A stretch of 64,000 nt of DNA from an uncultured Candidatus Rokubacteria bacterium (GCA_963771355.1 CAVYTA010000007.1:352001-416000), one strand, 5' to 3'; positions 1 through 10,296 are shown, counted from the first letter of the stretch. Numbers and translations are program-made. Notes: a model not told the origin generated them from the sequence alone.

Positions 1-1
1 G

Positions 2-1984
2 GGCTGGGCCGCCTTCTGGGCCTTCGGCTACGCGGGCTACGTCTTCCCGCTGCTGCTCCTCCTCTACGGCGCCGGCGCCTTCGTGCGCGCGCCGCTCGCG
101 CGCGGCTGGCCGGGGCTCGCCGGCCTCGTCCTGCTCCTCATCAGCATTACCGGCATCCTCGCGCGCAACTCGGACACGCTGGCGGAGATCCGCATCCACA
201 AGGGTGGCATGCTCGGCTGGGCGGTCGGTCAGGCGCTCGGCACCACGGTGGGCGGCGTGGGCTCGTGGATCATCCTGCTCGCCATCCTGCCGGTGGCCGC
301 GCTCTTCATCACCCAGGCCTCGCTCGGCGGCGTGTCCCGTCTGCTTCGCGCCCGCCTGGCCGCGTGGAGAGCCGGATCCGCGACGGGGAGCCCGAACCGA
401 CTGGACGATGTTGATGAGAATCAACGGTATCAGAAGCAGGCGGCGATCCCCGAGAAGGCCTTCACCCCGCCGCCCCTGATCGTGAAGGAGCCGCCCAAGG
501 CCAAGTCGGGGCTGGCGGAGAAGGGCCTGGCCTGGCAAGAGACGTTCGACTTCGGCTCCGGCGGTGCGCAGGCCTTCAAGCTGCCCGCGGTCGGGCTGCT
601 CCAGGCGCCTCCCGCGTCCGCGCTGGCTCGCACGCGCGAGGAGCTGGAGGCCAACGCCGCCACGCTCAAGAGGAAGCTGGCCGACTTCGGGGTGGACGGC
701 CACATCGTGCAGGCCAGCCCCGGGCCGGTGATCACCTCCTACGAGTTCGAGCCCGCCGCCGGCGTCAAGGTCAGCCAGGTGGTGAACCTCTCCGACGACC
801 TCGCCCTGGCCATGAAGGCGGCGGCGGTGCGCATCATCGGCCCCATTCCCGGGCGCGGCACGGTGGCGGTGGAGGTGCCGAATCCCGAGTCGGCGACGGT
901 GTATCTCCGCGAGATCCTCGTCTCGCCCGAGTTCGTCGAGGCCAAGGGCCGCTTGCCGCTCGCGCTGGGCAAGGACACCACCGGCAACGCGATGGTCTCG
1001 GACCTGGCGAGCATGCCGCACCTCCTCATCGCGGGCTCCACCGGCAGCGGCAAGAGCGTGGGCCTCAACACCATGATCTGCTCGCTGCTGTACAAGGCCA
1101 CGCCGGCCGACGTCCGGTTCCTGTTGATCGACCCCAAGCGGCTGGAGCTGGGCATCTACGAGGGTATCCCGCATCTCCTCGCCCCGGTCGTGACCGACGC
1201 CAAGGAAGCCGCCATGCGGCTCAAGTGGATCGTGGGGAAGATGGACGACCGCTACAAGCAGCTCCAGGCCAAGGCGGTGCGGAACATCGAGGGCTACAAC
1301 AAGGAAGTGGGCCCCGAGGAACGGCTGCCGTACTGGGTGGTGGTGGTGGACGAGCTGGCCGACCTCATGATGGTCTCCGCGGGCGAGGTGCAGAACTCGC
1401 TGGTGCGCCTGGCCCAGATCGCGCGCGCGGTGGGCATCCACTTGATCGTGGCCACCCAGCGCCCCTCGGTCGACGTGGTGACGGGCCTCATCAAGGCCAA
1501 CTTCCCCACCCGCATCGCCTTCCAGGTGGCGTCCAAGGTGGACTCCCGCACCGTGCTCGACGGCAACGGGGCCGAGCAGCTCCTCGGCAAGGGCGACATG
1601 ATCTTCGTGCCGCCGGGCGCCTCCCGGCAGGTGCGGGTGCACGGCTCCTGGGTGGCCGACAACGAGGTCAAGGCCATCTGCGAGTTTCTCCGCCGGCAGG
1701 GGGCGGCCGTCTACGAGAAGGTGGAGATGCCCACGCTGGACGCCGACGGTGGCGGCGGCGATGGGGAAGACCGCGACGACATCTACTGGGACGCGGTGAA
1801 TCTCGTCATCGCCCAGAAGGCCGCCTCCATCTCCTTCCTCCAGCGTCGCCTGGGCCTGGGCTATCCGAAGGCGGCCCGCTTCATCGACATGATGGAGCAG
1901 GACCGCGTCATCGGGCCCGGGCAGGGGGCCAAGCCGCGCGAGATCCTGGTGGGCCCCGAGTACCTCGCCAAGCACGGGCGCTGA
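2..1984 (+). CDS. ftsK: DNA translocase FtsK (5'-partial; frame open from window start)
   Basis: N-terminal TM segments, Walker A GSTGSGKS, VVDELADLMM, ATQRPS, C-terminal gamma domain (SISFLQRRLGLGYPKAARFID). Confidence 0.97.
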   Translation, partial: GWAAFWAFGYAGYVFPLLLLLYGAGAFVRAPLARGWPGLAGLVLLLISITGILARNSDTLAEIRIHKGGMLGWAVGQALGTTVGGVGSWIILLAILPVAALFITQASLGGVSRLLRARLAAWRAGSATGSPNRLDDVDENQRYQKQAAIPEKAFTPPPLIVKEPPKAKSGLAEKGLAWQETFDFGSGGAQAFKLPAVGLLQAPPASALARTREELEANAATLKRKLADFGVDGHIVQASPGPVITSYEFEPAAGVKVSQVVNLSDDLALAMKAAAVRIIGPIPGRGTVAVEVPNPESATVYLREILVSPEFVEAKGRLPLALGKDTTGNAMVSDLASMPHLLIAGSTGSGKSVGLNTMICSLLYKATPADVRFLLIDPKRLELGIYEGIPHLLAPVVTDAKEAAMRLKWIVGKMDDRYKQLQAKAVRNIEGYNKEVGPEERLPYWVVVVDELADLMMVSAGEVQNSLVRLAQIARAVGIHLIVATQRPSVDVVTGLIKANFPTRIAFQVASKVDSRTVLDGNGAEQLLGKGDMIFVPPGASRQVRVHGSWVADNEVKAICEFLRRQGAAVYEKVEMPTLDADGGGGDGEDRDDIYWDAVNLVIAQKAASISFLQRRLGLGYPKAARFIDMMEQDRVIGPGQGAKPREILVGPEYLAKHGR

Positions 1985-2023
1985 GCCACCCGAGCGTCGA
2001 GCAGGTGGTGTACCCTTTCCTCC

Positions 2024-2702
2024 ATGGGACATCACGGGACGAGGTGGGTAGTCACGACCCTCACGCTGCTCGCGGTGCTGTGGCTGTCCGGCTCCGCGGC
2101 CGCGCAGACGCTGGAGGAGGTCGTCGCCGGGCTCGAGGGGACCTACGGGCGGATCACGGACCTCAAGGCGGACTTTACCCAGGTCTCGAATAACAAGAGC
2201 CTCGGCCAGGACATCAAGGCCGAGGGCACGGTGCTGCTCAAGAAGGGCGGCAAGATGCGGTGGGACTACAAGAGCCCGTCGCCCCAGCAGATCGTCTCCG
2301 ACGGCAGCTCGCTCTGGGTCTACACTCCCGAGCTCAACCAGGTGAACAAGGGCGACGCCCCCAAGGCCCTGGCGGGGCCCGCCGGCTCTTTCCTGGCCGG
2401 CCTGGGCCGCGTGCGCGAGGAGTTCACCGTGCGCTTCCTGAACCCCGCCGCCAAGGTGGACGGAGCGGGGCGGCACGCTGCTCGACCTCACCCCCAAGAA
2501 TCCGACTCCGTTCCTCACGCGCCTGGTCCTCGCGGTCGACCCCAAGGACTTCATCGTCCGCCAGGCCGTGCTCTACGACCAGCTCGGCAATGCCGTGACC
2601 ATGAACTTCACCCGCGTGGTCACGAACACCGGGCTGGCCGACACCCTGTTCGCTTTCACTCCGCCCAAGGGCGCGGCGGTGGTGCCGCTCAACCCGCGGT
2701 AG
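2024..2702 (+). CDS. lolA: Outer-membrane lipoprotein carrier LolA, with a +1 frameshift near 2477
   Basis: Signal peptide, ADFTQ, KMRWDYKSP, IVSDG; the +1 frame from 2478 continues LLDLTPK...YDQLGN...FAFTPPKGA..R* (TAG 2700-2702); follows ftsK. Confidence 0.9.
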
Positions 2703-2729
2703 TCGGGCGCGTTCCACGGAGAGCCGACC

Positions 2730-3230
2730 ATGGCCGCTGCTGAGAACAGCTTCGACATTGCCTGCAAGGTGGACATGCAGGAGGTCGCCAACGCCATCAA
2801 TCAGGCGACGCGGGAAATCGAGACCCGCTATGACCTCAAGGGGTCGAAGAACGAGATCAAGCAAGAGAAGATGGACATCCTGATCGCGTCCGGCGACGAG
2901 ATGAAGCTCAAGGCGGTGGTCGACATCCTGCAATCCAAGCTCCATCGGCGTGGGATCGACCTCAAGGCGCTGACCATCGGCGACCCGGAGCCCGCCGCCG
3001 GCGCCACCCTCAAGCAGAAGATCACGCTGCAGGATGGCGTCCCCATCGAGAAGGCCAAGGAGATCGTGCGGCTCATCAAGGACTCCAAGATCCGGGTACA
3101 GGCCTCCATCCAGGAGAAGCAGGTGCGCGTGGCGGGCAAGAACCGCGACGACCTCCAGGCGGTGATCGCGCTGGTGAAGGGCAAGGACCTGGGCGTCGCG
3201 CTCCAGTTCACGAATTACCGGTCGACCTGA
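2730..3230 (+). CDS. yajQ: YajQ family nucleotide/c-di-GMP-binding protein
   Basis: SFDIACKVDMQEV...RYDLKGS...VQASIQ...RVAGKNRDDLQ...LQFTNYR. Confidence 0.95.
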   Translation: MAAAENSFDIACKVDMQEVANAINQATREIETRYDLKGSKNEIKQEKMDILIASGDEMKLKAVVDILQSKLHRRGIDLKALTIGDPEPAAGATLKQKITLQDGVPIEKAKEIVRLIKDSKIRVQASIQEKQVRVAGKNRDDLQAVIALVKGKDLGVALQFTNYRST

Positions 3231-3430
3231 GTCGCCCCCTCGACGTGTACCCCGCCTGGGGTCCAGCAGCTTCGATCTACCCACGTTCTTGTGGGTGTAA
3301 AGATTTCTGTAAATTTCCCGCCTACGAGGTCGCCGCGTCTAACCTACTGAAATAAAAGGCGTGCTGGTCCTTGATTTGACTTGGGCTGGCGGTCGGCTGC
3401 CCGTATTCGGCCCCTAAAACAGGCTCGGGG

Positions 3431-3447
3431 CGTCGGAAAATCTTACA
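3431..3447. promoter_or_regulatory. Putative enhancer (activator-binding) site of the kind found upstream of PEP-CTERM genes
   Basis: CGTCGGAAAATCTTACA (reverse complement TGTAAGATTTTCCGACG), about 90 bp upstream of a sigma54 motif; a related TGTAAAGATTTCTGTAA lies near 3296. Confidence 0.5.
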
Positions 3448-3534
3448 AACCCATCAACTTATTCACCCCATTGATCGTAGAAGAATCGGTGTAACTCATC
3501 GATCTAACTTATAAGGCGTCGGCGGCTTCTCACG

Positions 3535-3550
3535 TGGCAAACAGCTTGCT
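3535..3550 (+). promoter_or_regulatory. Sigma54 -24/-12 promoter
   Basis: TGGCAAACAGCTTGCT: GG-N10-GC spacing, upstream of a GGGAGG RBS and ATG 3597. Confidence 0.75.
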
Positions 3551-3596
3551 GTCTGACCTTCCAACGATCTTTTGATCCTAGGGAGGGCCTGCAGAC

Positions 3597-4451
3597 ATGA
3601 AGCATCGGATCCCGAAGGCGCTGCTCACGACGGCGGTTCTCCTCGGCACGGCATGCCTTGCCGAAGCCGCCGTGATCACGGTCCCGCAGAGCAACTTGAT
3701 CTCGTCGACGCAGTACTACACCGACATCATCGGCGGCGGCATCGGCGACATCGTCGTCATGACGGGCGGCGGCAATGCCCCGGGCGTCGGTGTTGCTACC
3801 GGGCGCAACGACGATGGCTTCAGCGGCCCCATCAACTTCAACTTCACGACCCCGCTCAATTTCTTCGGGGTCCCCCGGACGTCCTTCTTCGCCAACAACA
3901 ACGGCAATATCAGCTTCGGCGCCGGCATCTCCGCGTTCATTCCGATCGGTCCTACCGGCGCAGCCGCTCCGGTGATCTCCCCATTCTTCGGCGACGTGGA
4001 CACCCGGAATTTGGCGTCCGGTGTCTTGCATCTCCGCACCGATATCCCGAATCAGGTGATCCTTACCTGGGATGCAGTCGGATTTTTCGGCTCGCATGCC
4101 CCCCCGACCGATAGCTTCCAGCTCGTCGTCCGGGGTCCGGACTACGACATCCCGGTGGGCGAGGGAACGATCGGATTCTTCTACAAGGACATGGGCTGGG
4201 AAGATACGGATACCAGCAACGTGGCCGCGGTCGGCTTCGGGGACGGCGTGGGCAACGGCGTGGTGCTCGAGGGATCCGTCGAGCCGGGTCTCATCGGTGC
4301 CCTCACGAATCACCACATCTGGTTCGACGTGAACCTGGAGCCCATTCCCGGGCCCGGGTCTTCGAATGGCGTACCCGCGCCCGCCTCGTTGATTCTGCTG
4401 GGCCTCGGGCTCATCGGATTCGCGGTGCTTCGGCGTCGCCTTTCGGCCTGA
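3597..4451 (+). CDS. Secreted nidogen (NIDO)-like domain protein with PEP-CTERM-like sorting signal
   Basis: Signal peptide; RNDDGFS...NNNGNISF...ISPFFGDVDTR...VILTWDAVG; C-terminal VPAPASLILLGLGLIGFAVLRRR. Confidence 0.85.
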   Translation: MKHRIPKALLTTAVLLGTACLAEAAVITVPQSNLISSTQYYTDIIGGGIGDIVVMTGGGNAPGVGVATGRNDDGFSGPINFNFTTPLNFFGVPRTSFFANNNGNISFGAGISAFIPIGPTGAAAPVISPFFGDVDTRNLASGVLHLRTDIPNQVILTWDAVGFFGSHAPPTDSFQLVVRGPDYDIPVGEGTIGFFYKDMGWEDTDTSNVAAVGFGDGVGNGVVLEGSVEPGLIGALTNHHIWFDVNLEPIPGPGSSNGVPAPASLILLGLGLIGFAVLRRRLSA

Positions 4452-4477
4452 CGTCTAGCCAGTACGTCGCCTCCTAC

Positions 4478-4512
4478 GGGGCGCCGGCACACCGCCGGCG
4501 CCCCTCGTCTTT
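4478..4512 (+). terminator. Intrinsic terminator-like hairpin
   Basis: Perfect 11-bp stem GGGGCGCCGGC/GCCGGCGCCCC followed by TCGTCTTT. Confidence 0.65.
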
Positions 4513-4547
4513 CCACCCTCCGCGGCCGGGTCTGATAGGCTGAGGTC

Positions 4548-6545
4548 GTGAGGTCGCTGGTCGTCATTGCGACGCTGCTGCTCCTGGCTACCGCCGGGCC
4601 CGCCTTCGGCGTCATTCCCGAGAGCTCGGGTATCGGCGTTCCGCCGGTACCCGAGGCGCCCTCCGCGCCTCCCACCCTCGCGGCGGTGATCGAGCTCCTC
4701 AAGAAGGGTGACGCCGCCGGCGCCCTCAAGGGCGCGCGCGTGTTCGTCAAGAGCCAGCCGGGCTCGGCGGTGGGCCATGAGGTGCACGGCGTGGCCGCGC
4801 AGGTGAACCGGCTCAATCGCGAGGCGGAGGCGGCCTACACCGAGTCCCTTCGCCTCGAGCCGGGCCGGGAGATGGTGATGCTCCGCCTCGGCCAGCTTGC
4901 GCTCGAGGCACGCGAGCTGAAGAAGGCGGAAGGCTGGTTCCGCAAGGCGGTCGAGGCCAATCCCGACCTCGGGGCGGCGCGCCGCGGTCTGGCGCTCTCG
5001 CTGTTCGGGCTACGGCAGCTGCCGGCGGCGCTGCAGGAGATCCAGGAGGCGCTCAAGCGCTCCGATGGCCGTGACGTGGAGGCCAAGTACCTCCTGGCGC
5101 ATATCTTGAACCAGACGGGGCGTACCGCGCTCGCGGAGCCGGTGCTGGACCAGGTACTGGCGGCCCGGCCCGACCATGTCCCCTCGCTTCTCCTGCAGGG
5201 GCTGGTGAAGCTCGAGCTGCGGAAGACCGACGAGGCGGAGGCGCTGTTCGCCCGGGTCGTCCAGCGTGATCCCAAGTCTCCGCACGCTCGCCTGGGCCTT
5301 GCCATCGTCGAGCGCTCGCGGGGCCAGCTCGCCCCCGCCGCCACCGCCCTGGAGGGCGTCATCCGGGACCGGCCCGACTGGACGCTGGCCTACTTCGAGC
5401 TCGGACGCACGCGGCTGCAGCTGCGCCAGCTCGATGCCGCGTTGAAGGCGTTCGACCGCGCCGAGCAGACGAGCCCGGATCCCGCGGTGACACGCGTCCG
5501 CGCCGCCCAGAGCCTCGCGGCGGCGGGGGAGAAGGACCGCGCGCTCGCCAAGGCCCAGGCCTCCCTCGCGTCCGTCAACGCGGCGCCGCTCGCCCGGGCG
5601 CTGCTGGTGCGCCTCTACGTCGAGAAGGGCCAGCCCGACCTCGCGGAGCGCGAGCTGCAGGCGGCGATCAGCGCCGCGCCGCAGGACGCCACGCCGCTCC
5701 TCAATCTTGCGCGCTTCTATATGGACCAGCGGCGGGCCGCCGACGCGGTGGCGCCGCTGGAGCGAGCGGCTACCCTCAGCCCCACGCAGGCGGAGCCGCT
5801 GGCGCTCCTGGTCGATGCTCACCTCGTCCTCGGGCAGAAGGACCGCGTGGTCGCCACCGGCGAGCGGCTGCTGCGAGTCCAGGGGGAGACGCCGGCCGCG
5901 TACTTGGTCTTCGCCATCGTCAACGAGAAGGTCGATCGGCCGGCGGAAGCCCTGGAGGCGTATCAGCGCGTGCTCGACAAGGAGCCCGGCCATCTGGTCG
6001 CCGCCCGTGCGCGCGCCCGGCTGCTCGCGCGCCAGCAGCGGATGCCGGAGGCAATCCGCCTGCTCGAGGAGGCCGCCCGGCTCAACCCAAAGGCGCCCGA
6101 GCCCCTCCTCGATCTGGCCCAGGCCGAGGAGCGGGCGGGCAATGTTCCGGGCGCGGTGGCCGCCTATCGCCGCGCCATCGAGCGCGCGCCCGATAACGGC
6201 ATCTTGCTCAACAATCTCGCCTATCTGCTCGCTGGGGATCCCGACGCCCGCGACGAGGCGGTCCGCCTGGCCGAGCGCGCCCACGGCCTGGCGCCACAGA
6301 GCCCGGTGGTGGCGGATACGCTCGGGTGGCTCCTGTATCTCAAGGGGGACCTGCCGCGCGCGGAGGCGCTGCTTGCTGCCGCCGCGAAGGCGGCGCCGGG
6401 CATCGCCGAGGTCCGCTATCACCTCGGGATGGTCTATGCCAAGCAGGGCAAGACCGAGGACGCACGGCGCGAGCTCGAGGCGGCGCTCAAGGCCGGTACC
6501 TTCAAGGACGCGGCCGAGGCGCGCCGGACGCTCGAATCCCTCTAG
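4548..6545 (+). CDS. Exported TPR-repeat protein (resembles PEP-CTERM system PrsT-type proteins)
   Basis: Signal peptide, many TPRs, C-terminal LNNLAYLL...VADTLGWLLY...RYHLGMVY. Confidence 0.85.
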   Translation: MRSLVVIATLLLLATAGPAFGVIPESSGIGVPPVPEAPSAPPTLAAVIELLKKGDAAGALKGARVFVKSQPGSAVGHEVHGVAAQVNRLNREAEAAYTESLRLEPGREMVMLRLGQLALEARELKKAEGWFRKAVEANPDLGAARRGLALSLFGLRQLPAALQEIQEALKRSDGRDVEAKYLLAHILNQTGRTALAEPVLDQVLAARPDHVPSLLLQGLVKLELRKTDEAEALFARVVQRDPKSPHARLGLAIVERSRGQLAPAATALEGVIRDRPDWTLAYFELGRTRLQLRQLDAALKAFDRAEQTSPDPAVTRVRAAQSLAAAGEKDRALAKAQASLASVNAAPLARALLVRLYVEKGQPDLAERELQAAISAAPQDATPLLNLARFYMDQRRAADAVAPLERAATLSPTQAEPLALLVDAHLVLGQKDRVVATGERLLRVQGETPAAYLVFAIVNEKVDRPAEALEAYQRVLDKEPGHLVAARARARLLARQQRMPEAIRLLEEAARLNPKAPEPLLDLAQAEERAGNVPGAVAAYRRAIERAPDNGILLNNLAYLLAGDPDARDEAVRLAERAHGLAPQSPVVADTLGWLLYLKGDLPRAEALLAAAAKAAPGIAEVRYHLGMVYAKQGKTEDARRELEAALKAGTFKDAAEARRTLESL

Positions 6546-6612
6546 GAGCGCCTCCCGCGCACGCCTCCGGTTTGACGCCGTCGGCGGCGGTATGTGATCA
6601 TGAGGCCTCCCC

Positions 6613-7923
6613 ATGAAGGTCCACTTCACCACCCTTGGCTGCCCGAAGAACCAGGTCGATTCCGAGCTGATGCTCGGCATGCTGGCCACGGCCGGCCACC
6701 AGATCGTCGCGCGCGCCGAGGCCGCCGAGTGCCTGGTGGTCAATACGTGCGCCTTCATCGACCGCGCTCGCGAGGAGTCGGTCAACACCATCCTCGACCT
6801 GGCCAAGCTGAAGGAGCGGGGCCGGGCGCGCGCGCTCATCGTGACCGGCTGTCTCACCCAGCGCTACGGGCAGGACATCCTCACCGAGATCCCGGAAGTC
6901 AGCGCCATCCTCGGTACCTCGGAGCTGGACCGCATCGTGGACCTCGTGAACCAGGCCGACGGCCGGCAGAACTGGGTGACCGCGGCGCCGCCGGGCTATC
7001 TCTACGACGCGGCCACCCCGCGCCTTCTCAGCACGCGCGCGCCCTATGCCTACGTGAAGATCGCCGAGGGCTGCGACATGGGGTGTACGTTCTGCGCGAT
7101 CCCGCAGTTCCGGGGCCGTCACCGCAGCCGCCCCATCCAGGACGTGGTCGCCGAGGTGAAGGGGCTCGCCGCACGCGGGATCCAGGAGGCCATCCTCGTG
7201 TCCCAGGACACGCTGGCCTACGGCCGCGATCTCGCCGGCAACGGGGACATCGCCGATCTACTGCTCGCGCTCTCCGACACCGCGATGCCGTGGATCCGAC
7301 CCATGTACCTCCACCCCGCGCACGTCAACGACCGCCTCGTCACCCGCTGGGCGCGCGCGCGGGTGGTGCCGTACCTCGACATGCCGGTGCAGCACGGCGA
7401 CGACGGCGTGCTGCGCGCGATGCGCCGGGCGGTGACGGCGCGCCGGATGAAGGAGATCGTCGCCCAGTTCCGTGAGGCCATCCCGGGTGTCACCGTGCGG
7501 ACCACGGTGCTGGTGGGCTTCCCCGGGGAGACGGAGGCCGCCTTCGACAATCTCCTGGGCTTCATCGAGGACGTGGCCTTCGACCGGCTGGGCGTCTTCA
7601 CCTACTCCACCGAGGAGGGCACCCCCGCCGCGACCATGGCCGATCCGGTCCCCGCGGCGACCATGACCGAGCGGGCGGCGCTGGTGGAGGAGACGCAAGA
7701 TCGGCTGGCGTGGCCGCGCCAGAAGGCGCTCTTCGGGACCAGCCAGACGGTGCTGGTGGACGGGCCCGGCCCCGACCGCGCCTTTCCCTTCGAGGGGCGA
7801 CTGGCCGGCCAGGCCCCCGAGATCGACGGGGTGGTCCTCCTCCGCGACAAGCGCCTCACCCCGGGCCGCTTCGCGGAGGTCCGCATCGTCGAAGTGGACG
7901 GCTACGAGCTCGTCGGAGAGTAA
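6613..7923 (+). CDS. rimO: Ribosomal protein S12 methylthiotransferase RimO
   Basis: LGCPKNQVDSE, NTCAFID, radical-SAM CDMGCTFC, APEIDG, TRAM domain. Confidence 0.95.
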   Translation: MKVHFTTLGCPKNQVDSELMLGMLATAGHQIVARAEAAECLVVNTCAFIDRAREESVNTILDLAKLKERGRARALIVTGCLTQRYGQDILTEIPEVSAILGTSELDRIVDLVNQADGRQNWVTAAPPGYLYDAATPRLLSTRAPYAYVKIAEGCDMGCTFCAIPQFRGRHRSRPIQDVVAEVKGLAARGIQEAILVSQDTLAYGRDLAGNGDIADLLLALSDTAMPWIRPMYLHPAHVNDRLVTRWARARVVPYLDMPVQHGDDGVLRAMRRAVTARRMKEIVAQFREAIPGVTVRTTVLVGFPGETEAAFDNLLGFIEDVAFDRLGVFTYSTEEGTPAATMADPVPAATMTERAALVEETQDRLAWPRQKALFGTSQTVLVDGPGPDRAFPFEGRLAGQAPEIDGVVLLRDKRLTPGRFAEVRIVEVDGYELVGE

Positions 7924-8425
7924 CGCGGACGCGCCGGGCGAGCCGGCGGAGCTACCACGGCCGAGCCGGCTCGACCGCCTCGCATTCGCGCTCGCCACCT
8001 GCGGCGGCGCCGGCTATGCTCCGGTGGCTTCCGGCACCGTCGGCAGCGCCGTTGCCCTCGTCCTGCTGTGGCTCATCCCGTTCACGCCCATGGCGCTCGT
8101 CTGGACCACGCTCGCCGTCACCTTGCTGGGCATCTGGTCGGGTGGACGCGTCGAGCGCGCCGTCGGCCAGAAGGATCCGGGCATCATCGTGATCGACGAG
8201 GTCGCCGGCATGGCGCTGTCCGTCCTCTTCCTCCCCCGGACCATCCCCGTCCTCCTGGTGGCGTTCTTCCTCTTCCGTCTCTTCGACGTGTGGAAGCCCT
8301 TCCCGGCGCGCGAGAGTCAGGCCCTCACCGGCGGGCTGGGCGTCATGGTGGATGACCTCATCGCGGGCGGGTACGCCCTCGTGCTCGTGATGGGCGCGCG
8401 CGCGCTGTTCGGGGTGCCGGCGTGA
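7922..8425 (+). CDS. pgpA: Phosphatidylglycerophosphatase A (start uncertain; first in-frame GTG is 8024)
   Basis: LATCGGAGYAPVASGTVGS, KDPGIIVIDEVAG, FRLFDVWKP, GVMVDDLIAG; the conserved N-terminal part lies upstream of 8024. Confidence 0.9.
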   Translation, partial: NADAPGEPAELPRPSRLDRLAFALATCGGAGYAPVASGTVGSAVALVLLWLIPFTPMALVWTTLAVTLLGIWSGGRVERAVGQKDPGIIVIDEVAGMALSVLFLPRTIPVLLVAFFLFRLFDVWKPFPARESQALTGGLGVMVDDLIAGGYALVLVMGARALFGVPA

Positions 8426-9684
8426 CGGGCGTGCGCATCCTCACCGTGGGCGTGGCGGAGCTCGCCGGGCGCGACGACGCCGCCGGGCTCGCGGTGGCGC
8501 GCGCCCTCCGTGCCGACGGCGTGCCGGTGGCGTCGCGCGCGGTGGTGGACGAGGACGAGGGTGCGCTGGAGGCCGCGCTCGGGCCCGCGCTCGACGGAGG
8601 CGGCGTGGTCGTCGTGCTGGCCCCGCCCGGCGGTTCCGCGGGCGACATCGTGCGGCGGGTCCTGGCCCGGCTCGCCGGTGTCCGCCTGGTGCTCAGCGAT
8701 CGACTGCTCGACCTCCTCGACGCGGACTTCGCCCGCCGAGGCCGTGCCCTTCCCCGTCGGCTCGAGCGCCTGGCCCTCCTGCCGCAAGGCGCCCAGCTCT
8801 GGACGGCGCCTGCGGGCGGCGGGGCCGCCTCCACCGCCGGCGGGCCCCCCGGCTGGGCCCTGGAGGCGCGCGGCGCGCTGGTGGCGGTGCTGCCGCTCGA
8901 CGCGCCCGATCTCGGCGCGCTCGTCGAGCAGCATCTCCGGCCCGCAGCGCGCGACCGTGCCGGGGCGGGTGGCGTCGCCCTCGTGAGCCTGCTGCGCACC
9001 ACTGGGGTCTCCGCGGCGGACGCCGAGGAGCGCCTGGCGTCCTGGCTGGGCAAGGAGGGCCCGGTGACGGTGTCGTGCCTGGTGGTGGACGGCGATGTCT
9101 GGGTCCGTCTCCTCGCGCGCGCGCCCTCTCGCGCGGTGGCGGAGGCCGCGCTGACGGACGCCGGCCCCGCCGTGCGAGAGGCGCTCGGCACCGATTGCTA
9201 TGGCGCGGACGGCGAATCCCTCGAGGTGGTCGTGGGTGCGCTGCTCCGCGAGCGCGGGCTGGGGGTGTCCACCGCCGAGTCCTGCACCGGCGGGCTCGTC
9301 GCCCATCGACTCACCAATATCCCCGGCTCCTCACGGTATGTCGACCGTGGTGTCGTGGTGTATTCGAACGAGGCCAAGACCGACCTCCTCGGCGTCCCCG
9401 CCGAGCTCATCCGCGCGCACGGGGCCGTCAGCGCGCCGGTGGCGGAGGCGATGGCCCGCGGGGTATGCCGCCTCGGCGGCACCGCCTGCGGCGTGGCCAT
9501 CACCGGCATCGCGGGGCCCGACGGCGGCTCGCCGGAGAAGCCCGTGGGCACGGTGTTCATCGGGGTGGCCTCCCCCGCGGGGGTCGAGGTCCGCCGGTTC
9601 CTCTTCCCGGGTGGGCGCGAGGCGGTGAAGTGGCAGTCGGCGCAGGCCGCGCTCGATATGCTCCGGCGCGCGCTCCTGGCCTGA
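8422..9684 (+). CDS. cinA: CinA/PncC nicotinamide-nucleotide amidohydrolase with a divergent N-terminal domain
   Basis: TAESCTGG, PGSSRY, YSNEAK, HGAVS, TGIAGPDGG, KPVGTV. Confidence 0.92.
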   Translation: MTGVRILTVGVAELAGRDDAAGLAVARALRADGVPVASRAVVDEDEGALEAALGPALDGGGVVVVLAPPGGSAGDIVRRVLARLAGVRLVLSDRLLDLLDADFARRGRALPRRLERLALLPQGAQLWTAPAGGGAASTAGGPPGWALEARGALVAVLPLDAPDLGALVEQHLRPAARDRAGAGGVALVSLLRTTGVSAADAEERLASWLGKEGPVTVSCLVVDGDVWVRLLARAPSRAVAEAALTDAGPAVREALGTDCYGADGESLEVVVGALLRERGLGVSTAESCTGGLVAHRLTNIPGSSRYVDRGVVVYSNEAKTDLLGVPAELIRAHGAVSAPVAEAMARGVCRLGGTACGVAITGIAGPDGGSPEKPVGTVFIGVASPAGVEVRRFLFPGGREAVKWQSAQAALDMLRRALLA

Positions 9685-10271
9685 TGCCGCGGGCCTTCAT
9701 CGCCATCCTCCTCAGCTCCGAAGCGCGCGAGGCGGTGACCGACGAGGTGGAGCGCCTCCGCCCGCTGAGCCGGGCGGTGGCCTGGGTTCCGCGAGACAAT
9801 CTCCACCTCACGCTCCGCTTCCTGGGCGAGCAGAGCGAGGAGCGCCTGGCGGACGCCCTGGCGGCGCTGGAGACGGTCGCCGCGGCCGGGGAGTCCTTCA
9901 CGCTGGGCTTGCATGGCCTGGGCGCCTTCCCGGGGCTGGAGCGGCCGCGCATCTTCTGGGTGGGAGTCGCGGAGGGCGCGCTGGCCGCGCGGGGGCTCCA
10001 GGCCCGGCTCGAGGCCGCGCTGGCGGAGCGGGGCTTCCCGCCCGAGGCGCGGCCCTGGCACCCTCATCTGACCGTCGGGAGGGTGTTTGACGATCGGCGC
10101 TGGCGCCGGGAGGTCACGCCCGCGCTCCGACAGGCCCTGGCGCACGCGGGCAGCCGCCCGGTCGCGCGCCTTCCCATCACGGCGATCTCCTTGATGAAAA
10201 GCGATCTGGCCCGAAGCGGCGCCCGGTACACCGCGCTCGCCTCCCGGCCACTGAGCGCCCGCGTTAGTTGA
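9684..10271 (+). CDS. thpR: RNA 2',3'-cyclic phosphodiesterase (2H family)
   Basis: MPRAFIAI start overlapping the cinA stop; two HxT motifs (HLTLRFLG, HPHLTVGR). Confidence 0.92.
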   Translation: MPRAFIAILLSSEAREAVTDEVERLRPLSRAVAWVPRDNLHLTLRFLGEQSEERLADALAALETVAAAGESFTLGLHGLGAFPGLERPRIFWVGVAEGALAARGLQARLEAALAERGFPPEARPWHPHLTVGRVFDDRRWRREVTPALRQALAHAGSRPVARLPITAISLMKSDLARSGARYTALASRPLSARVS

Positions 10272-10296
10272 TCGAAATGCGTGCGGTTGCTATGCT
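10268..10296 (+). promoter_or_regulatory. Sigma70-type promoter for the cyclase operon
   Basis: TTGATC-N17-TATGCT with a TG extension. Confidence 0.5.

Noticed and set aside
7918..8026. Non-canonical start for pgpA
   Set aside because: Adding one G (GAGTAAC to GAGTGAAC) gives the usual GTGA stop/start overlap in the right frame, so a sequencing deletion is more parsimonious.
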